DNA of 63,450 nucleotides, filler included, from Octopus bimaculoides (GCF_001194135.2; 9 parts of 9 records of this genome joined end to end with filler, not necessarily neighbours in it), one strand, 5' to 3'; shown: positions 25,935-40,929, counted from the first letter of the whole stretch. The notes: generated by a model from the sequence alone, not told the origin. Numbers and translations are program-made.

Positions 25935-28900
25935 CTCTTTCTTCTGTGTCTCATCTTTGTTATATTTCTTCTTCATCTTTCCGTTCCTTTTTATTCAGAT
26001 CTTTCTCTTTGTCTTTTTCCTTCTCAGTTAATTTTTTATGCATCTTCTCTTCATTTCTTCATTCTTTTTCTTTCCCTTCTCGTTTCCTTCACTTCAGCTC
26101 TCTATTTTTTTTCTTTTTCGTGTTTCGTATTATTTTTAATATTTTCTTTTCTAAAGAAGTTATCTTTATAGAAAATTTTGAGTAAGCTAAGAGAACACTC
26201 CTTAGCTGCCATTTCTAAAATAGGCAAGAGTTTACCACTTTGTGGTTTGAAATTTATCAATTAAATCGACTTTATTATGTAACTGATGCTTTATTTATTC
26301 GACTTGGAAAATGAAAGGCAAAGTTGATCTTAGTAGAATTTGAACCCAGAAGGCAAACTATCGGCAAAGATAAAAACATTTTGTCCGACGATCTATCGAT
26401 TTATATACACAGTCTTCAGTCTTCTATTTTGCAGTTAGATAAAGCTAGTTAGTTCTGCAGAAATTAAGTGTTTGGTCATGGACACGACAAAGAGCCACCG
26501 ACACAGTCACAGACGAAGTGACACAGACAATGTGCCGTTAGCTGTGTCTCTTACAACATTTGTAGTTCAAAGTTGTTATTTAAAAGCTAAAATCCAGATT
26601 AAAAGACATTCATATAAATTTATCAAGAGAATGCAATTTCTCAATTACTAACAAAGTATCTGGGAGGATGAAATCTTCTTGGAAGAATGTAATCAATCAA
26701 GAATGAGATTAGAATAGCATTCACTACAACTTCAAGATTTGTTGCATATGACAGTTGTCAAAATCAAACTTGCATTGAAGTGTACTTATTGCAGATTTAA
26801 TATCCACAACTGATTCATTAACTCATTTCCAAATAATTAAAATGCTTGAGGTTATAATTTAGGTCTTAATTAATGCATTTAAAATGTTATAGAAAGTGAT
26901 AAAAGATCACAGTAAAATCTTTACTTTTCTTATTACTGCACCTGAAGGAGCAGCTTTGAACACACGTCTCAAAGTAGCTGTTATCCTTGACTAATCATCT
27001 CACCTATCTACTACTGATGCTTTCTCGAACAGACCAGCTTCAGGTCAAACCAATTTTATTGTATTAAAATTCCCATCTCAAACATTAACCAAAATATTTC
27101 GAATTTTCTCATGTTCCTAGTTCCACCTACTCATATTTCTCCTTTAGATAATTTTTTCCTCTTTTCACACCGTTCGAGACTACTGTATATTCCAGCACAA
27201 AAGTTGACGTAATAAACTGTGTAAGCATGTAGTGTAAACATTCAAATGTCGTTACTATCTTTTCAAATTTTGCTGCATTTCACGCGGAATATCTGGTCCC
27301 CAGAGTCGTCTTGGTGTGTGAGCCGACACACTTACTTTGGTTGTAAATTTTGGTCAGAAAAATTTGACTTGTATGCCAAAATATAGGGGATTGCGCAGTT
27401 TTATATCTGTATAATTGTTTTTCTTTTCTTCACTTAATTAATAGTACTAAAATGACTAGTCATGAAAACAACTAGTAGATTCTTATATTTTTATTGTGGT
27501 GGACACTGGGAAAAGCGGTCATATTTCGGGAAATGGAGTATGAAAACTATTTTGAATTATAAACATGAGAAGTTAAACCAAAGGTCAATGGATTCACAGA
27601 ATCCGTAGAGCCTTGCGGTATTTAGACACGGTCCTATAATTCTGAGTTCAAATCGCATTCAGTTGAACTTTACCCTTTAACCTTCATGGGGGGATAAAAT
27701 AAAGCATCTTTTAAGCTGATATCGATTTAATCAACTATATCCACGCCCAAAATTTGTGACTTTGCGCCAACATTAAAAACCACCCACACTACAAAAATAT
27801 CTTGAGTTAAGGCATAAATGTTATATCTATTTATTCATCGACAGTCTTAGATGTCTTTACTAGAAACTCAACGCAGTCCATGCAGTGAAACCGAAGTTCA
27901 CAATTATCAGATTTATTAATGTTTTAAATGATTGAAAGTAAACGAGTGAAACAATATTATTATGAACATTCTCAAGCGGAAAGAATATATGACGTAATCG
28001 ATATATCATTTAATATAGCCTTAATTAAACAATAAACTAACATCTATAGACACAAAATTAATTATAAATGAAATTTGTGACCAGGAACAATACTTTCACC
28101 TCTTTTTTATTTATAGAAGATTGCTTGCTAAATTTATATTGAAATTAATTCAAAGGGCTTGAATCGATAAAAGATGCGACAATACCGCAGATCTATGGAC
28201 GAGCTGTAAAAGGAGCTGTTTTATTGATCTCTGAGCTCCCTGGAAGTTGAGCAACTTTTGTTTTACTCATAAAAACTAACTAATCAAATACAACCTTCCA
28301 ACGTCTCTATTAATATGTCCTGTAAACGTTTCATGAAGGAGCAGGTTACAGAATTTGAAAAGACGGCTTTAGGAGAAAGGAAGGAAACTGCCATTTTATA
28401 TGTGTGTGAATAGTTTAAAATGCCACGCTAAGCAATTAAATAACATTTAGTTGTAGAGTAGTTTTAAAAAAACGTGGCATAATTAATACCCTTGAGAGCA
28501 ATTTATGTGTTAAGGATGATTTATGGTTTAAAAGGAATAATAGTCTTGATGCTGACGAAGATGATTATGTTAACAGTAGGAATAATGATTTCATAGGATT
28601 AAAAGATCATGAATAAAGCTTTTAGGTTGCATTTATTGCTATGTAATATTTCACAATGCGCTCGAAGATACTGCATTGTCCTTATTGCATAATGCAAGTC
28701 ATGTGCTGATTTTTCCCTCAAAAAATCTTGGTAAAATTCAATTATGCATAGAGATGTTATGTCGCTTGTGCGAAAACGAATTTCGTGACAGATTCAAGTT
28801 ATATCGATCTATTTATAATTTAAATGCTGATTTCTCATTTATTTATAACAAGGCAAGTAATATTCAATAAACTCGTGGTGTTCCCTGATAGCCAGTTAGG

Positions 28901-30826
28901 GCAAGGAAAATAATCATTTCTACATAATATTTAGAGGGTTTAGTAAATTGAATTTGAAATCGAGGAACAAGAAAGAAGATTTTCATAGAATATACATATT
29001 CAAATTTATTCTTGGTTTCCCATTACGAAAATCATAAAATTTCTTGTCACAGGTAATCATATACAGTACTATTTCGTTCCTATTAGAAATCATTCGCATT
29101 AGATTAAATATTAAAATATTTTATAGTTGGAAAATAATAACCTGGATGACATTCATGGAATGTGTGCTTTTCATTTTCTTTTCCCTTTTTCTTCATAGAG
29201 CGTTAGTAGTTTAGTATTAAAAAAAACATAACAAAAGTAAATAAAATACACCGAATGATGGTTAGGTTCTAAAATCGCTGTTGCACAAGGATGTCTTCAA
29301 TCAATCAAGTCCAGTTGACTATAAATTTTGTAATCACTAAAAATCAACCATCTCTTATGGCTTCAACATTCCGACGTATTATATCTTTAAGAAATTAAAC
29401 AAACAATTGTCCCATTATCCTTTACTATTTCGTAAAGAGAGGATATCGCTTGTATGCCTCAATTTTTTTCAGAACCTCAGAAACTGTTGGGAAGAAGCTA
29501 TCCTCAAAATGAAGATCTAGTCTAAATTTCTGCAACAGTGAACAGTAAAAACACTCAAAATGTAGCTCAAAATGCGAAGAACCAAAATATACACTGAGTC
29601 TCTGGCAATGTTAATAATCTGCCCCCTGGTTGCTCTGGTAGTTGTATGTTTACTAGCATTATAAGATATACTCTTTCTTGTTGCTTTTCTTTGGCGTTCG
29701 CCACATGTGAATTATACTGACTTCTAAGATAAATATAAGGCCATCCACTTTTGTCAGGAAGCTGGTACAGCTGATAAGAGCAACGCCAATTTTTGACTAG
29801 TACTTTATCTTCACGCATCTCGAAACGAAGAAATGCAATGTTGATGTCGATAGCGTTTGAACTCGGAACTTAAAGAGACGTAACTAAATATCTCAAGATA
29901 TTGTGTCCAATACTCTAGCAATTCTTCTAATCAGCCGTTTTAATATGTCATTGAAATTAGGGCCGTGAGCTAGAAAAATCGTTACCACGTTTCTGAGTTC
30001 AAATTGCGTTGAGGTCGACTTTGTCCTTCATCTTCTCAGGATCGATAAAATAAGTGCCAGTTGTGTACTGGGATCGATGTAATCAACTTAACCCCGCCCC
30101 AGAAATTACAGACTTTGTGCAAACTTTTTTAATCAATATGTCATAACGAAATTGTTTTCTTTAACTTAAAAGTAATGTATTCATTGGCAACTTATTTCTC
30201 ATTCTGCTTGTTTGTCTGTGTGTCATTATACACAACCACAGACAAATAAGCACACACACAAACATAGACGCAAACTCACTTACACATAAGCTGGAAGACG
30301 ATGAACACTTCCAATATTTTATTCTCTTAACATTTAATTTCAAACCAGAATTAGTGAATATAGCTTCAGAACTTCACCTGTATGACTAATTATTCCAGTT
30401 GTATCTTATTCCTTCTTGTGGTGAGGAATGCAATACTTGAGTGGAACATGGCCTCCCAATTCCAATAATTCCACTCATGTATTTCTCCTTAATCAATAAT
30501 CATTAAGAAATTATAATTGGTTTCTTTTGTTTTCTATGTTATTGCTTTCTTTTGTTAATTAAGAAAATATTGTTGAGTGTGATAACGAGAGCAGCAATAA
30601 GTACTTGCCGCACCGAACACATACCATGACTTCTTTCATTGTTGGCAAATTCATGATTTTTTTTAACGAAGCAGGCGTGGCTGTGTGGTAGAAATCTTGC
30701 TTCCCGAACATGTGGTCTTCGGTTCAGTCTCTCCGCAGGGCATCTTAGATAAGTGTCCCGGGCTGGCCCAAGCCTTGTGAGTGGAGCTAGTTGACGGTAA
30801 CTGAAACAAACAGGTCGTTGTGGGTA

Positions 30827-30863
<37 letters not shown>

Positions 30864-31769
30864 NNNNNNNNNNNNNNNNNNNNNNNNNNNNNNNNNNNNN
30901 NNNNNNNNNNNNNNNNNNNNNNNNNNNNNNNNNNNNNNNNNNNNNNNNNNNNNNNNNNNNNNNNNNNNNNNNNNNNNNNNNNNNNNNNNNNNNNNNNNNN
31001 NNNNNNNNNNNNNNNNNNNNNNNNNNNNNNNNNNNNNNNNNNNNNNNNNNNNNNNNNNNNNNNNNNNNNNNNNNNNNNNNNNNNNNNNNNNNNNNNNNNN
31101 NNNNNNNNNNNNNNNNNNNNNNNNNNNNNNNNNNNNNNNNNNNNNNNNNNNNNNNNNNNNNNNNNNNNNNNNNNNNNNNNNNNNNNNNNNNNNNNNNNNN
31201 NNNNNNNNNNNNNNNNNNNNNNNNNNNNNNNNNNNNNNNNNNNNNNNNNNNNNNNNNNNNNNNNNNNNNNNNNNNNNNNNNNNNNNNNNTATATTAATTA
31301 ATTAATATCGATTTATCACCAGGAAGCAAGCACATTAAAAGAATCAGAGAGATTCAGAAAAAATATCTGAGATCTCAAGGGATTAATGTATATGTATATA
31401 TATAACGACGGCCACTAGGTGGTCTGTTTATGTGCTAGAAGAAGATCACATGTAATGTGTCTACTAAAACCTAATAGTTCTCAAATGAAATTCAGCGAAA
31501 TACCAAACCGTATGCGGGCAAGATAGTGAAAATGACATAAATAAAAATTATTCATGTACTAGTTTTGAAATTAATATTCTCTTACCGAAAATATCTGTTT
31601 CTCGTCAGCACGAACTGTAAGGAAAGTATAATTCTCAAAATCCTATACAAGTTGTTCACCCCTAGTGGCGAACGCGTATATAGTTCTGCTGATTACAATT
31701 TAATGGTAAAATTCAACACCGGTTTAGCTCCATATCGATTAATATACTTTGGATTTCATTAATTTGTGT

Positions 31770-32380
31770 TAGTATTAGTGTTAACACTTATGAAGTCCTT
31801 CCCTTCTATCCTTCTGCCTCTACCTTTCGCTCTCTTCTCTCTCCACGTGACCGGTGTTCGGCCAAGTCTGAACTTTCTTGCCGGAAGGGCTCCCAACCCA
31901 TGGGCCAAGGGGTGGGGTGGGGGTGTTAGATGATGGGGTGGTGGTTTCGAAAAGGCCGGCATGTGCTACTTGATCCCTTCTTCCGGTCAAACTCCCAACC
32001 CATGCGTTCCCGTCGCGATTATGCAGAACTGTGTTGGGTGTGAAAACCAACTTTTAAGTATAAATATAGATTTTTTGAATCAGCAATGTTGTGTTCTGTT
32101 AAGTCCTATTTGGGGTGAAAAATCAATGAACTGATTCCTTATGGGATTTTCCATTCAATCAGGATGAAAAATCGATAACCTGATTCCTTATAGGATTTTC
32201 CGCTAAAATTGGCCACACCCCATTTTCAACCATAACTTTTACCAATTTTGACGTATTTTGTTCAAACTTGATGCCAGCATTACTTAAGACTCATGGGATG
32301 TTTGCTTTAAGTTCTCAAAAAAAAAANNNNNNNNNNGGGATTTTCCATTCAATCAGGATGAAAAATCGATAAAACGATTC
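31770..32380 (-). mobile_element. Non-autonomous Helitron-like element, copy 2
   Basis: Reverse complement of 31870-32020 aligns with 2110-2230; internal subrepeats gggattttcc...aaaaatcgataa. Confidence 0.45.
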
Positions 32381-32510
32381 CATGTTTTTGTTTTTTCATG
32401 TTCTCGTTTTTCATGTTGTTCACGTTTTTTGACGTCCTGTACCCATATATGCATGTGTATATACATATATATGCAGGCATGTACATGGTTATATGCATAT
32501 ATATTATTTA

Positions 32511-32546
<36 letters not shown>

Positions 32547-33043
32547 CATTATTATTATTATTATTATTATTATCATTATTATTATTATTATNNNNNNNNN
32601 NNNNNNNNNNNNNNNNNNNNNNNNNNNNNNNNNNNNNNNNNNNNNNNNNNNNNNNNNNNNNNNNNNNNNNNNNNNNNNNNNNNNNNNNNNNNNNNNNNNN
32701 NNNNNNNNNNNNNNNNNNNNNNNNNNNNNNNNNNNNNNNNNNNNNNNNNNNNNNNNNNNNNNNNNNNNNNNNNNNNNNNNNNNNNNNNNNNNNNNNNNNN
32801 NNNNNNNNNNNNNNNNNNNNNNNNNNNNNNNNNNNNNNNNNNNNNNNNNNNNNNNNNNNNNNNNNNNNNNNNNNNNNNNNNNNNNNNNNNNNNNNNNNNN
32901 NNNNNNNNNNNNNNNNNNNNNNNNNNNNNNNNNNNNNNNNNNNNNNNNNNNNNNNNNNNNNNNNNNNNNNNNNNNNNNNNNNNNNNNNNNNNNNNNNNNN
33001 NNNNNNNNNNNNNNNNNNNNNNNNNNNNNNNNNNNNNNNNNNN

Positions 33044-33346
33044 TTGTGAGTGTTTATTGAGCGAAAACACCTAAAGTTCCACGAGGCTCCGGCAGGGGAT
33101 GGTGGCGAACCCTGCTGTACTTTTTCACCACAACTTTCTCTCACTCTTTCTTCCTGTTTTTGTTGTACCTGTATTTCAAAGGGCCAGTCTTGTCACACTC
33201 TGTGTCACGCTGAATCTCCCCGAGAACTACGTTAAGGGTACACGTGTCTGTGGTGTGCTCAGCCACTTGCACGTTAATTTCACGGGCAGGCTGTTCCGTT
33301 GATCGGATCAACTGGAACCCTCTTCGTCGTAACTGACGGATTGCCA
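33044..33346 (+). mobile_element. SINE family C copy (head lost in gap)
   Basis: Colinear with 24811-25115. Other copies at 17140-17395, 51339-51705(-), 54240-54390, 55915-56092, 23860-23980(-). Confidence 0.85.
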
Positions 33347-34770
33347 AGAAGAAGAGACTATCTTAACACTAACTTATATAGAGGTAGTGTAAATCACTGA
33401 ACGAAACCGCAACGGATAATTTTATACCTATACTGACCTTAGTGAGATTTAAACTGAGAACAGAGGATGCTGTAAGGAATTTAGTCCGGGGGCATTTCGT
33501 TTTGCCAAACTCATAGCCTTATCTTGTGGCAAATATTCAAATAAAGGAAGAATAATTTATACAGAGAAGATTCTATAAGTAGAAACATTCAAGGGGCACA
33601 AAATTATATGATAAATGAGACTATCTGGTCCAATGGAAAACCTTAAATCTTTACTGATAACAAGAACTTATAAATGATTTGTGGTTGACCTTTGACTCCT
33701 TCCCTTTTTTTTCTGCCCTTTTTAACACTTTTTCTCTTTCTTATTTTCTTTGACTTATCGGAAGAAAGGAAGAAATATCTGTATAACAAAGAAATAAAAG
33801 AGAAAATTGCAATACGGGAAATCTTTTTCTCATATATTTTCTCATAATCTCCTAGATTTGCTCATTTATTGCATAAAAAAGGACACATTTGTGTGTCACG
33901 GATAGAGCCGAGATATTGTCTGCTTTTCATCAAAAAGAAAACTGAAGCTGCTTGAAAGTCAGGCCAACAACAAATCAATGAATTTACACAAAATGACTTT
34001 TGATTTCTGCCATTTTCATTAACCAACCAATACTTCTATGTCGAAGGTCAATAAAAAAAAAAAGACTCGTTGAAATTTCTGCAAGCAAATATATCCACAC
34101 ATGAATACAACAACAATTTAATACAGAATTATACACTTTTATAACTAGAGTCTATACTTTTGTCTACAAGTGGATAGTGATGTATAAATATAGACACTTA
34201 CATGAACCAAACAATATCAAAAAAAAAAAAAAAAGAAAAAAGAAAATGACGCGTGTAACATATTTACTTTGCCAGAGCAAACCTGAAAAGTTATAGAGAC
34301 GTAAATATTTGCCGTAAGTTTCTTCCATAACAAACAAAAGATGTGCACGGGGCCAAAGAGGCCAAATTAAAGTCCCAAAATAGGAGAAGTATTATTTTAT
34401 TAGTTGAGTTCCATGTTTATAACATTCAAATATTTACACGACTGCGGTAAAGAAGCAAACAAAATACAAAATACATACATACCTACCTACATACATACAT
34501 ACATGTATGCATATATTCAGGTATGTGTACATATGTATGTATATCGATATAGACTTTTAACATACGCATTTGCAAATAAACATTACACATTTGTATTTTT
34601 ATACAAGCATATATACATGCGATGTATGAGAATGTGAATGAAATAAAGGTTGGGTCTGAACAAAGTGAAGCAGACATAGAAAGACGGAAAAGACACTGGG
34701 AAACTTTTAACATAAACTTTACATCTGGTATATGCACGAATGTACTCGCACACACACACACGCACGCACG

Positions 34771-34808
<38 letters not shown>

Positions 34809-35303
34809 TATACGTACATGCATGCATCCATACACATACATACACACATATACATATGGCTGTGTAGTTTAAAAAGCTAAATTTTAATAGCACATAGTAT
34901 GGGGTGGGTCGACAGAGTAGTTAGCGCGTTGGCCACAAAGCTAAGCGCCATTTCTTCCGGTTATTTACGTTGCAAGTTCGAATGCTGCCGAGTTCAACTT
35001 TGCTTCTCATCTTTTTTTAGGTCGATAAAACTAGCAGATATCGATTACGCCTCTCTCCACCAAAAACTTTCAGGCCTTGTGTCTCTTGTAGAAAGGATCA
35101 TTATTAACACAGCAACCAGACAGAAGCGTTAGCGCATTTGTACAAACGCTTAGCAACATTTCTTCCGGCTCTTTATGTTCTGAGTTCAAATGCTGCACAA
35201 GTCAACGTTGTCTCTCATCCTTTCGGTGTCGACAAAATAAGTAACAGTTGATCACGGAGTTCGTTTCTCTGTAGCTGCTTGCTGGCAACCGTTTGATAAG
35301 TAG

Positions 35304-35530
35304 GGTGCTGGCAGAATCGTTAGCACGTCGGGCGAAATGCTTAGCGGTATTTCGTCTGCCGTTACGTTCTGAGTTCAAATTCCGTCGCGGTCGACTTTGC
35401 CTTTCGTCCTTTCGGGGTCGATAAATTAAGTACCAGTTACGCACTGAGGTCAATGTAATCGACTTAATCCCTTTGTCTGTCCTTGTTTGTCTCCTCTGTG
35501 TGTGGCCCCTTGTGGGCAATAAAGAAATAA
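35304..35530 (+). mobile_element. tRNA-derived SINE family B
   Basis: ctggcagaatcgttagcacgtcgggcgaaatgcttagcgg...gagttcaaattccg...gtcgactttgcctttc...ggggtcgataaattaagtaccag. Many copies: about 3960-4085, 22300-22480, 29960-30130, 34900-35260, 35530-35720, 36590-37160(-), 41370-41700(-), 41815-42420, 61050-61255. Confidence 0.85.
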
Positions 35531-37552
35531 GAATCGTTAGAATGTCCAACAAAATGCTGTGCGCCATCTGCTCTGCCGTTACGTTCTAAGTTCAAATTCT
35601 GCCGAAGTCGACTTAGCCTTTCATCCTTTAGGACTTGATAAAATAAGTACCAGTTGAATACTGGAGTCGATGCAATCGACTTAATCCCTCCTCCGAACTT
35701 GCTGGCCTTGTGCCAAAATTTGATTTCAATATATGATGTTAAAAACTTCCTTCATCTAAACTTTTTATATTTCTTTCTCTATCGCTCCTCAGCCTTTTTG
35801 TCTCAGATCAAAGTGTATTTTTCTCTCCCTTTTTCTTTCTATCTTTAACTTCTACAAACTTTTTAACCATGTCATTCCCTTCTTCACGTCGTTATCAATT
35901 CTCTCTTTCTCTTTCTTTTCACCTCTCACTTCCACTAACCAAATGACAGCTTAAAGCTTCAGTTAGCAGCAACGTCACTACTCTCCTCACTCTATCTTTC
36001 TCTCTCTATTTACCTTTCTTTAAATCTCACCACCAGAACTTTACCCTTCTGCAAAACATTGCATTTCTAACTCTCTCTATATCACTCCCTTCAACTAACT
36101 TTTTAACCACGTAATAACTATCATCTTCCCCCCTACCTCTTGTCAACACTTCTACCTCACTTTTTCTCTCTCCCTCTTTCTCTCTCACTTTTCGCTTTTC
36201 TCTTCAATTTATCCCGTGGTAGCGTAACGTATTTCGGCATTGGCGTATTAATATAAAGATTCTCCAACATGTGATGCTGCATGCTCATTCCTCTTGAGCC
36301 AGAGTATAAACATAAAGACATTGACTGACCCAGGGATTGAACCCACGTTCACCAATTAAACTAACTCAATCAATTCACTATTCCTCCGTAGGTCAACGGG
36401 CTAGTGAATATAAGCATTAAAATAAGTAAGAGTTGATCACGGAGGAAAGTGATAGAGGGACAATTAAAAATCCTTTCTTTTCTAATTAATTTCTCCCATA
36501 TTGTATTTATCTCAATACTAGACTCGTTGAGCTGGTCATCAAAGCTCGACATAAGCGTTAGTCCCAATGTATAACATTCCTTTCAAATTTTGGCAGGAAG
36601 GTCATAGCAGATTACATTGATCTCAGTATTTGACTACTACTTCAGTTTACCGACCCCAAAAGATGAAAGGAAAAGCTTATTTCGGCAGAATTTGAATTCA
36701 TGACGTAATGAAGAAATACTGTAAAATATTTTCCAGATGTGCTAAAGAGTCTGTCAGCCGCCACCTTAATATAAGTTTATGATAATCCTTTCGAGTATAG
36801 ACACAAATCTTGAAATTTTGGTACTTAATTTATCGACTATGAAAGAAAAAAAAAAAGCAAAGTCGACCTCAGCTGAATTTGGACTCCGGGCGTAAAGACA
36901 CACGAAACTCCGTTATGCATTTTTTTGTCTGGTGTCCTAATGATTCTGCCAGCTCGCAGAGGGAAAACCGATTTCCCTCGGAACAGAGGGAAAACCGATT
37001 ACATCAACGGGTGCTTATTTTATCGACCGAAAAAGGATGAAAGACGAAATAGGCCTTGGCGGAATTTGAACTCCGAACGTAAAAGCAGCCGAGATCTGCT
37101 ATGCTTTTTGTCCAGCATGCTAACGATTCTGCCAGCTTGCAACCTTGCTCGCCACCTTAATATCAGTTTATAATAATGTTAATTAATAAGCTTAGAAATT
37201 CCAATAAAACATATTCATTATTAAATTGCGAAGACGAGAGCGCTGAGTGACAGAACCGGGGAAGCGACGGATAAAATTGTGAAGATGAGTTTGCCCTCAG
37301 GATTCGATAATATAAGTGGCATTTAAGTGTCACAGATCGATTAAACCAACTACAACTCTTTACCAAAACATGTGGCGTTGTGTCTATATAAGAAATCAAT
37401 ATGCTATGTTTAGATACGATTCTTATGTAATTGATAGGCCCAGTAATGAAATCCATTCGATTTATTGTTACTATTGTTGATGTTTTCCAGGCCTTATGTT
37501 TTTCAGATTGAGTTCACCTATGATCAGAGGTGCTCCAGCTATGATCATCCTC

Positions 37553-37605
<53 letters not shown>

Positions 37606-37777
37606 AAATGTCGAACGATGAAAATGAACGCTTTTCATTCAGCACTATTGTGTGTGCGTATGTATGTGTGTGTATGTGTGTGTATGTATGTATATGCATG
37701 TATGTACATGTATGTATATATATGTATGTATATGTATGTATATAAATACACAAACACACACAAATATACATACATAT

Positions 37778-38170
37778 AGGAGTGGCTGTGCGGTAAGACA
37801 CTTGCTTCCTAACCGCATAGCTCCGGATTTAGTCCCTGCGTGGCACCTTGGGCAAGTGTCTTCTACTACAGCCTCGGGCCGACCAAAGCCTTATGAGTGG
37901 ATTTGGTAGACGGAAACTGAAAGAAGGCCTATATATTTATATATATGTATGTATGTATGTATATATTTATGCGTCTGTGTTTGCCCCCACCCACCATCGC
38001 TTGGCAACCGATGGTGGTGTGTTTACATCTCCGTAACTTAGCGGTTCGGCAAAAGAGACAAACAATAAGTACTAGGCTAACAAAAAATAAGTCCTGGGGT
38101 CGATTTGTTCGACTAAAGGTTGTACTCCAGCATGGCTGCAGTCAAATGGCTGAAACAAGTAAAAGAATAA
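37778..38170 (+). mobile_element. tRNA-derived SINE family A, near full length
   Basis: Colinear with 7668-8090. Confidence 0.85.
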
Positions 38171-38304
38171 GATAATAATAAAGTAGGTTTTGCACATACG
38201 CATTTATACATAAATGCATAAACACGTATCTACATGTATAGTTACATACATGCATACATGCATACATACATACATACATACATACATACATACATACATA
38301 CATA

Positions 38305-39422
38305 GACCGCCTCTACCTAAAACGAAAACAAGGCGGCAGAGGCTTAAAATCAATCCAAAATGCTTTCGAATGTCGCATCATATCCCTTCGGCAACATCTT
38401 CTAACCACCAAGTGTCGAAGGGCATCCCTTAACCAAGTTTGCATACATGAGGCTGATAACATCATAAGACTTGGAAGGCAGCTCTTTGAGCACACTCTTT
38501 GTCTGATAACCTAGAATACATGAACAAAGAAGCTGTACGACTCTACCGCAACGTATCATCAGCTGAAAGGATGAGCGTATATGAGCAGAAGACTATGCAT
38601 GGATATTTCAGTAGAAAGCTCCCTGGTGACAGTAACATCGATCATCAAAACAGTTTATCATGGACCAATAGCCGGATTACTACCTCCCTCTTTGAAGGGT
38701 ATGCGTTTGCAATTCAGGAAAAAGAAATATCAACCAATTACCTGATGCACAAAAGGGATAGAGATTCAGGAAAAGCCGTAAAATGTGACAATCGATGCAT
38801 TTTTTGTGGAGTTCACACTGAAGATATCACCTACATCATAAGCAGTTGTCCGAAAATGTCATCATGGTTGTATCAGCCGATGAGACATGATGTTGTAGCT
38901 AGGACACTCTATAATGAAATCCGTCGGAAGGATAATCCGGAGGAAAAAGAACCCACAATATGGTAGAAGCGATAGCCACTCATAATGAAAAGGAATGCTG
39001 GTGGAATGTATCAGTGAAGACTTCAATAAAATGTAAGCACAACAGATCTGATATAATGATTTGGGATAGAGAAGAGAAACTGTGCCCAGTGTGGAAATTA
39101 ACTGGCAAGTGGATGTTAACATAAAACTGAAGGTCAGTGAATAAGAGAACACCTATGCTGAACTATTGAGAAGTCTGCAGTTACTCTATCCAGATTACAA
39201 GTCAGGTTTATACCCGTAATTATTGGAGCCCTGTGATATATAACACACTGCCTAAATAACAATCTTGAGAAATTAGGCTTCTCAAAACCAGAAAGGAGAA
39301 AGCTAATTCGAAGACCACAGATCCAATCCATCACTGGAACTGTAAAAATCTGTAAAACTTTCCAGAAGTTTATCATTTAAATATATATGAGCATGTCTAG
39401 ATACACAACTATATGCATGAGA
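38305..39422 (+). mobile_element. 5'-truncated RLE-type non-LTR retrotransposon (R4/Dong/NeSL-like)
   Basis: DRLYLKRKQGGRGLKSI (RT C-terminus), C-x2-C...C zinc knuckle region (CIFCGVHTEDITYIISSC), RHD motif, decayed endonuclease (HNRSDIMIWD), stop at 39380; multiple stops and frameshifts; (ATAC)n on both flanks. Confidence 0.85.
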
Positions 39423-40929
39423 ATACATACATACATACATACATACATACATGCATACATACATACAAACAAAAATACCCTATTGTTAATGTTGAAATTC
39501 CAATGAAGGAGCCTTGGATCTAGGTTAGAAACCGGTTCTTTCTCTAGTGGCAATAAACTGAACAATGACATACATATTTGAAATAAACTGAATAATAGCA
39601 TGCATACATACATATATACATACATACATACATACATACATCAGGTACTATACTGTCCGAAGCGTTTTTTCTGTTTTGAGATGTTTAGGTGATATTCAAA
39701 CAAATTTAGCAGCTATTTTTAGCAGGTTGAGTGGCCATGAAGTTTATTTCGTAAGTTCTTAAAAGAAACAGCCATCACATCGTCATGGTCTTAATTTAAA
39801 GAGACACTTATGGTCCAAGAAGAAAAGTGGTCATGCCTTCGTATATAATGTTATTGCCAAAAATCTAGCCGATATTGTTTATGTTTTGGGCCATTCAATT
39901 ACAAAACTGAGTAAAGTACTTCTTGAGTAAACATATAACGTATAAGCTCCATTTCCATTTCCAAACGTATAAGCTCTATTTCCACTCCAGCTGCTAATAA
40001 GGACAAGGTCATTGGTACAAGTAGGGAAATTACGACAAATCAAATTTGAAATTAGTAGAAGACACACCTTTGTGTCCATGGAGAACACACAGAGCAGGAA
40101 ATATTAGAAAATATCTGAATAATAATTAGTTATAAACAACACAAAAACGACTTCTAAGAGGACTCATAAAAATATAATCTAGGAAGACCTTGGCAGTTTT
40201 ATTCATTTTATGCAGCATCACATAGGAACACAATATCTGACAGCTTCAAGATTCTTGCTCTATAGATCGATTCAGCTGCTTCCCTTATTTGTCAAAGCCA
40301 TAGTTTATCAATATTATGGGAGAATTTGATGAGATCGTTTGCCATGCACTACGAAACTCTTAATTTCATTTGTGGCTAAAGTAAAATTCTTTAGCTGTAT
40401 ATTATCGCTTTTGTTGTCCAGTAGTGGCTTAGTACCGGGTTAACATTGAACGAGTTGATCAGCAAGCCTATCATCAAAAGCATTCTGTTCATGGCTATTC
40501 CTTTTATCAACCGTATATAATATTCTACATATATAAGATTATCTATGTATAATAATTTATATATAATATTCATATTGTAGTTATATTTTGTATATAATAT
40601 TCATATATTATAATATATTCAATATATTATATTCATATATTATAATCATATTTAATATATAATATTCATATATTATAACATATATACATTATAATTATAT
40701 TAAATATATAATATTCATATATTTTATGTAATATTCGTATAATGTTATATGCGAAGTTTCAAAACTGTTTTCTTTCGGTACAGAAAGTGCCTTTTTTTTT
40801 TAACTATAGTGTGTTCTATCGAAGAAGCTACTTTATTATATAAGACTTCATTATCTAGGAGCCCTAATGCGGCGAGCTGGCAGAATCGAAGCTTAAATAT
40901 CACCATTCAATATCATTAAATGATTGAAG

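Noticed and set aside
27180-27420. Acceptor and gtaagt donor pair on the minus strand
   Set aside because: The sequence looks like a pogo/Tigger-type MITE end and the peptide shows no similarity to dynein or homeodomains.
31759-32050. Basic, Pro-rich ORFs (KKVQTWPN) considered as a homeobox candidate
   Set aside because: The sequence is a second copy of the repeat at 2049-2300 and has no WFQNRR motif.
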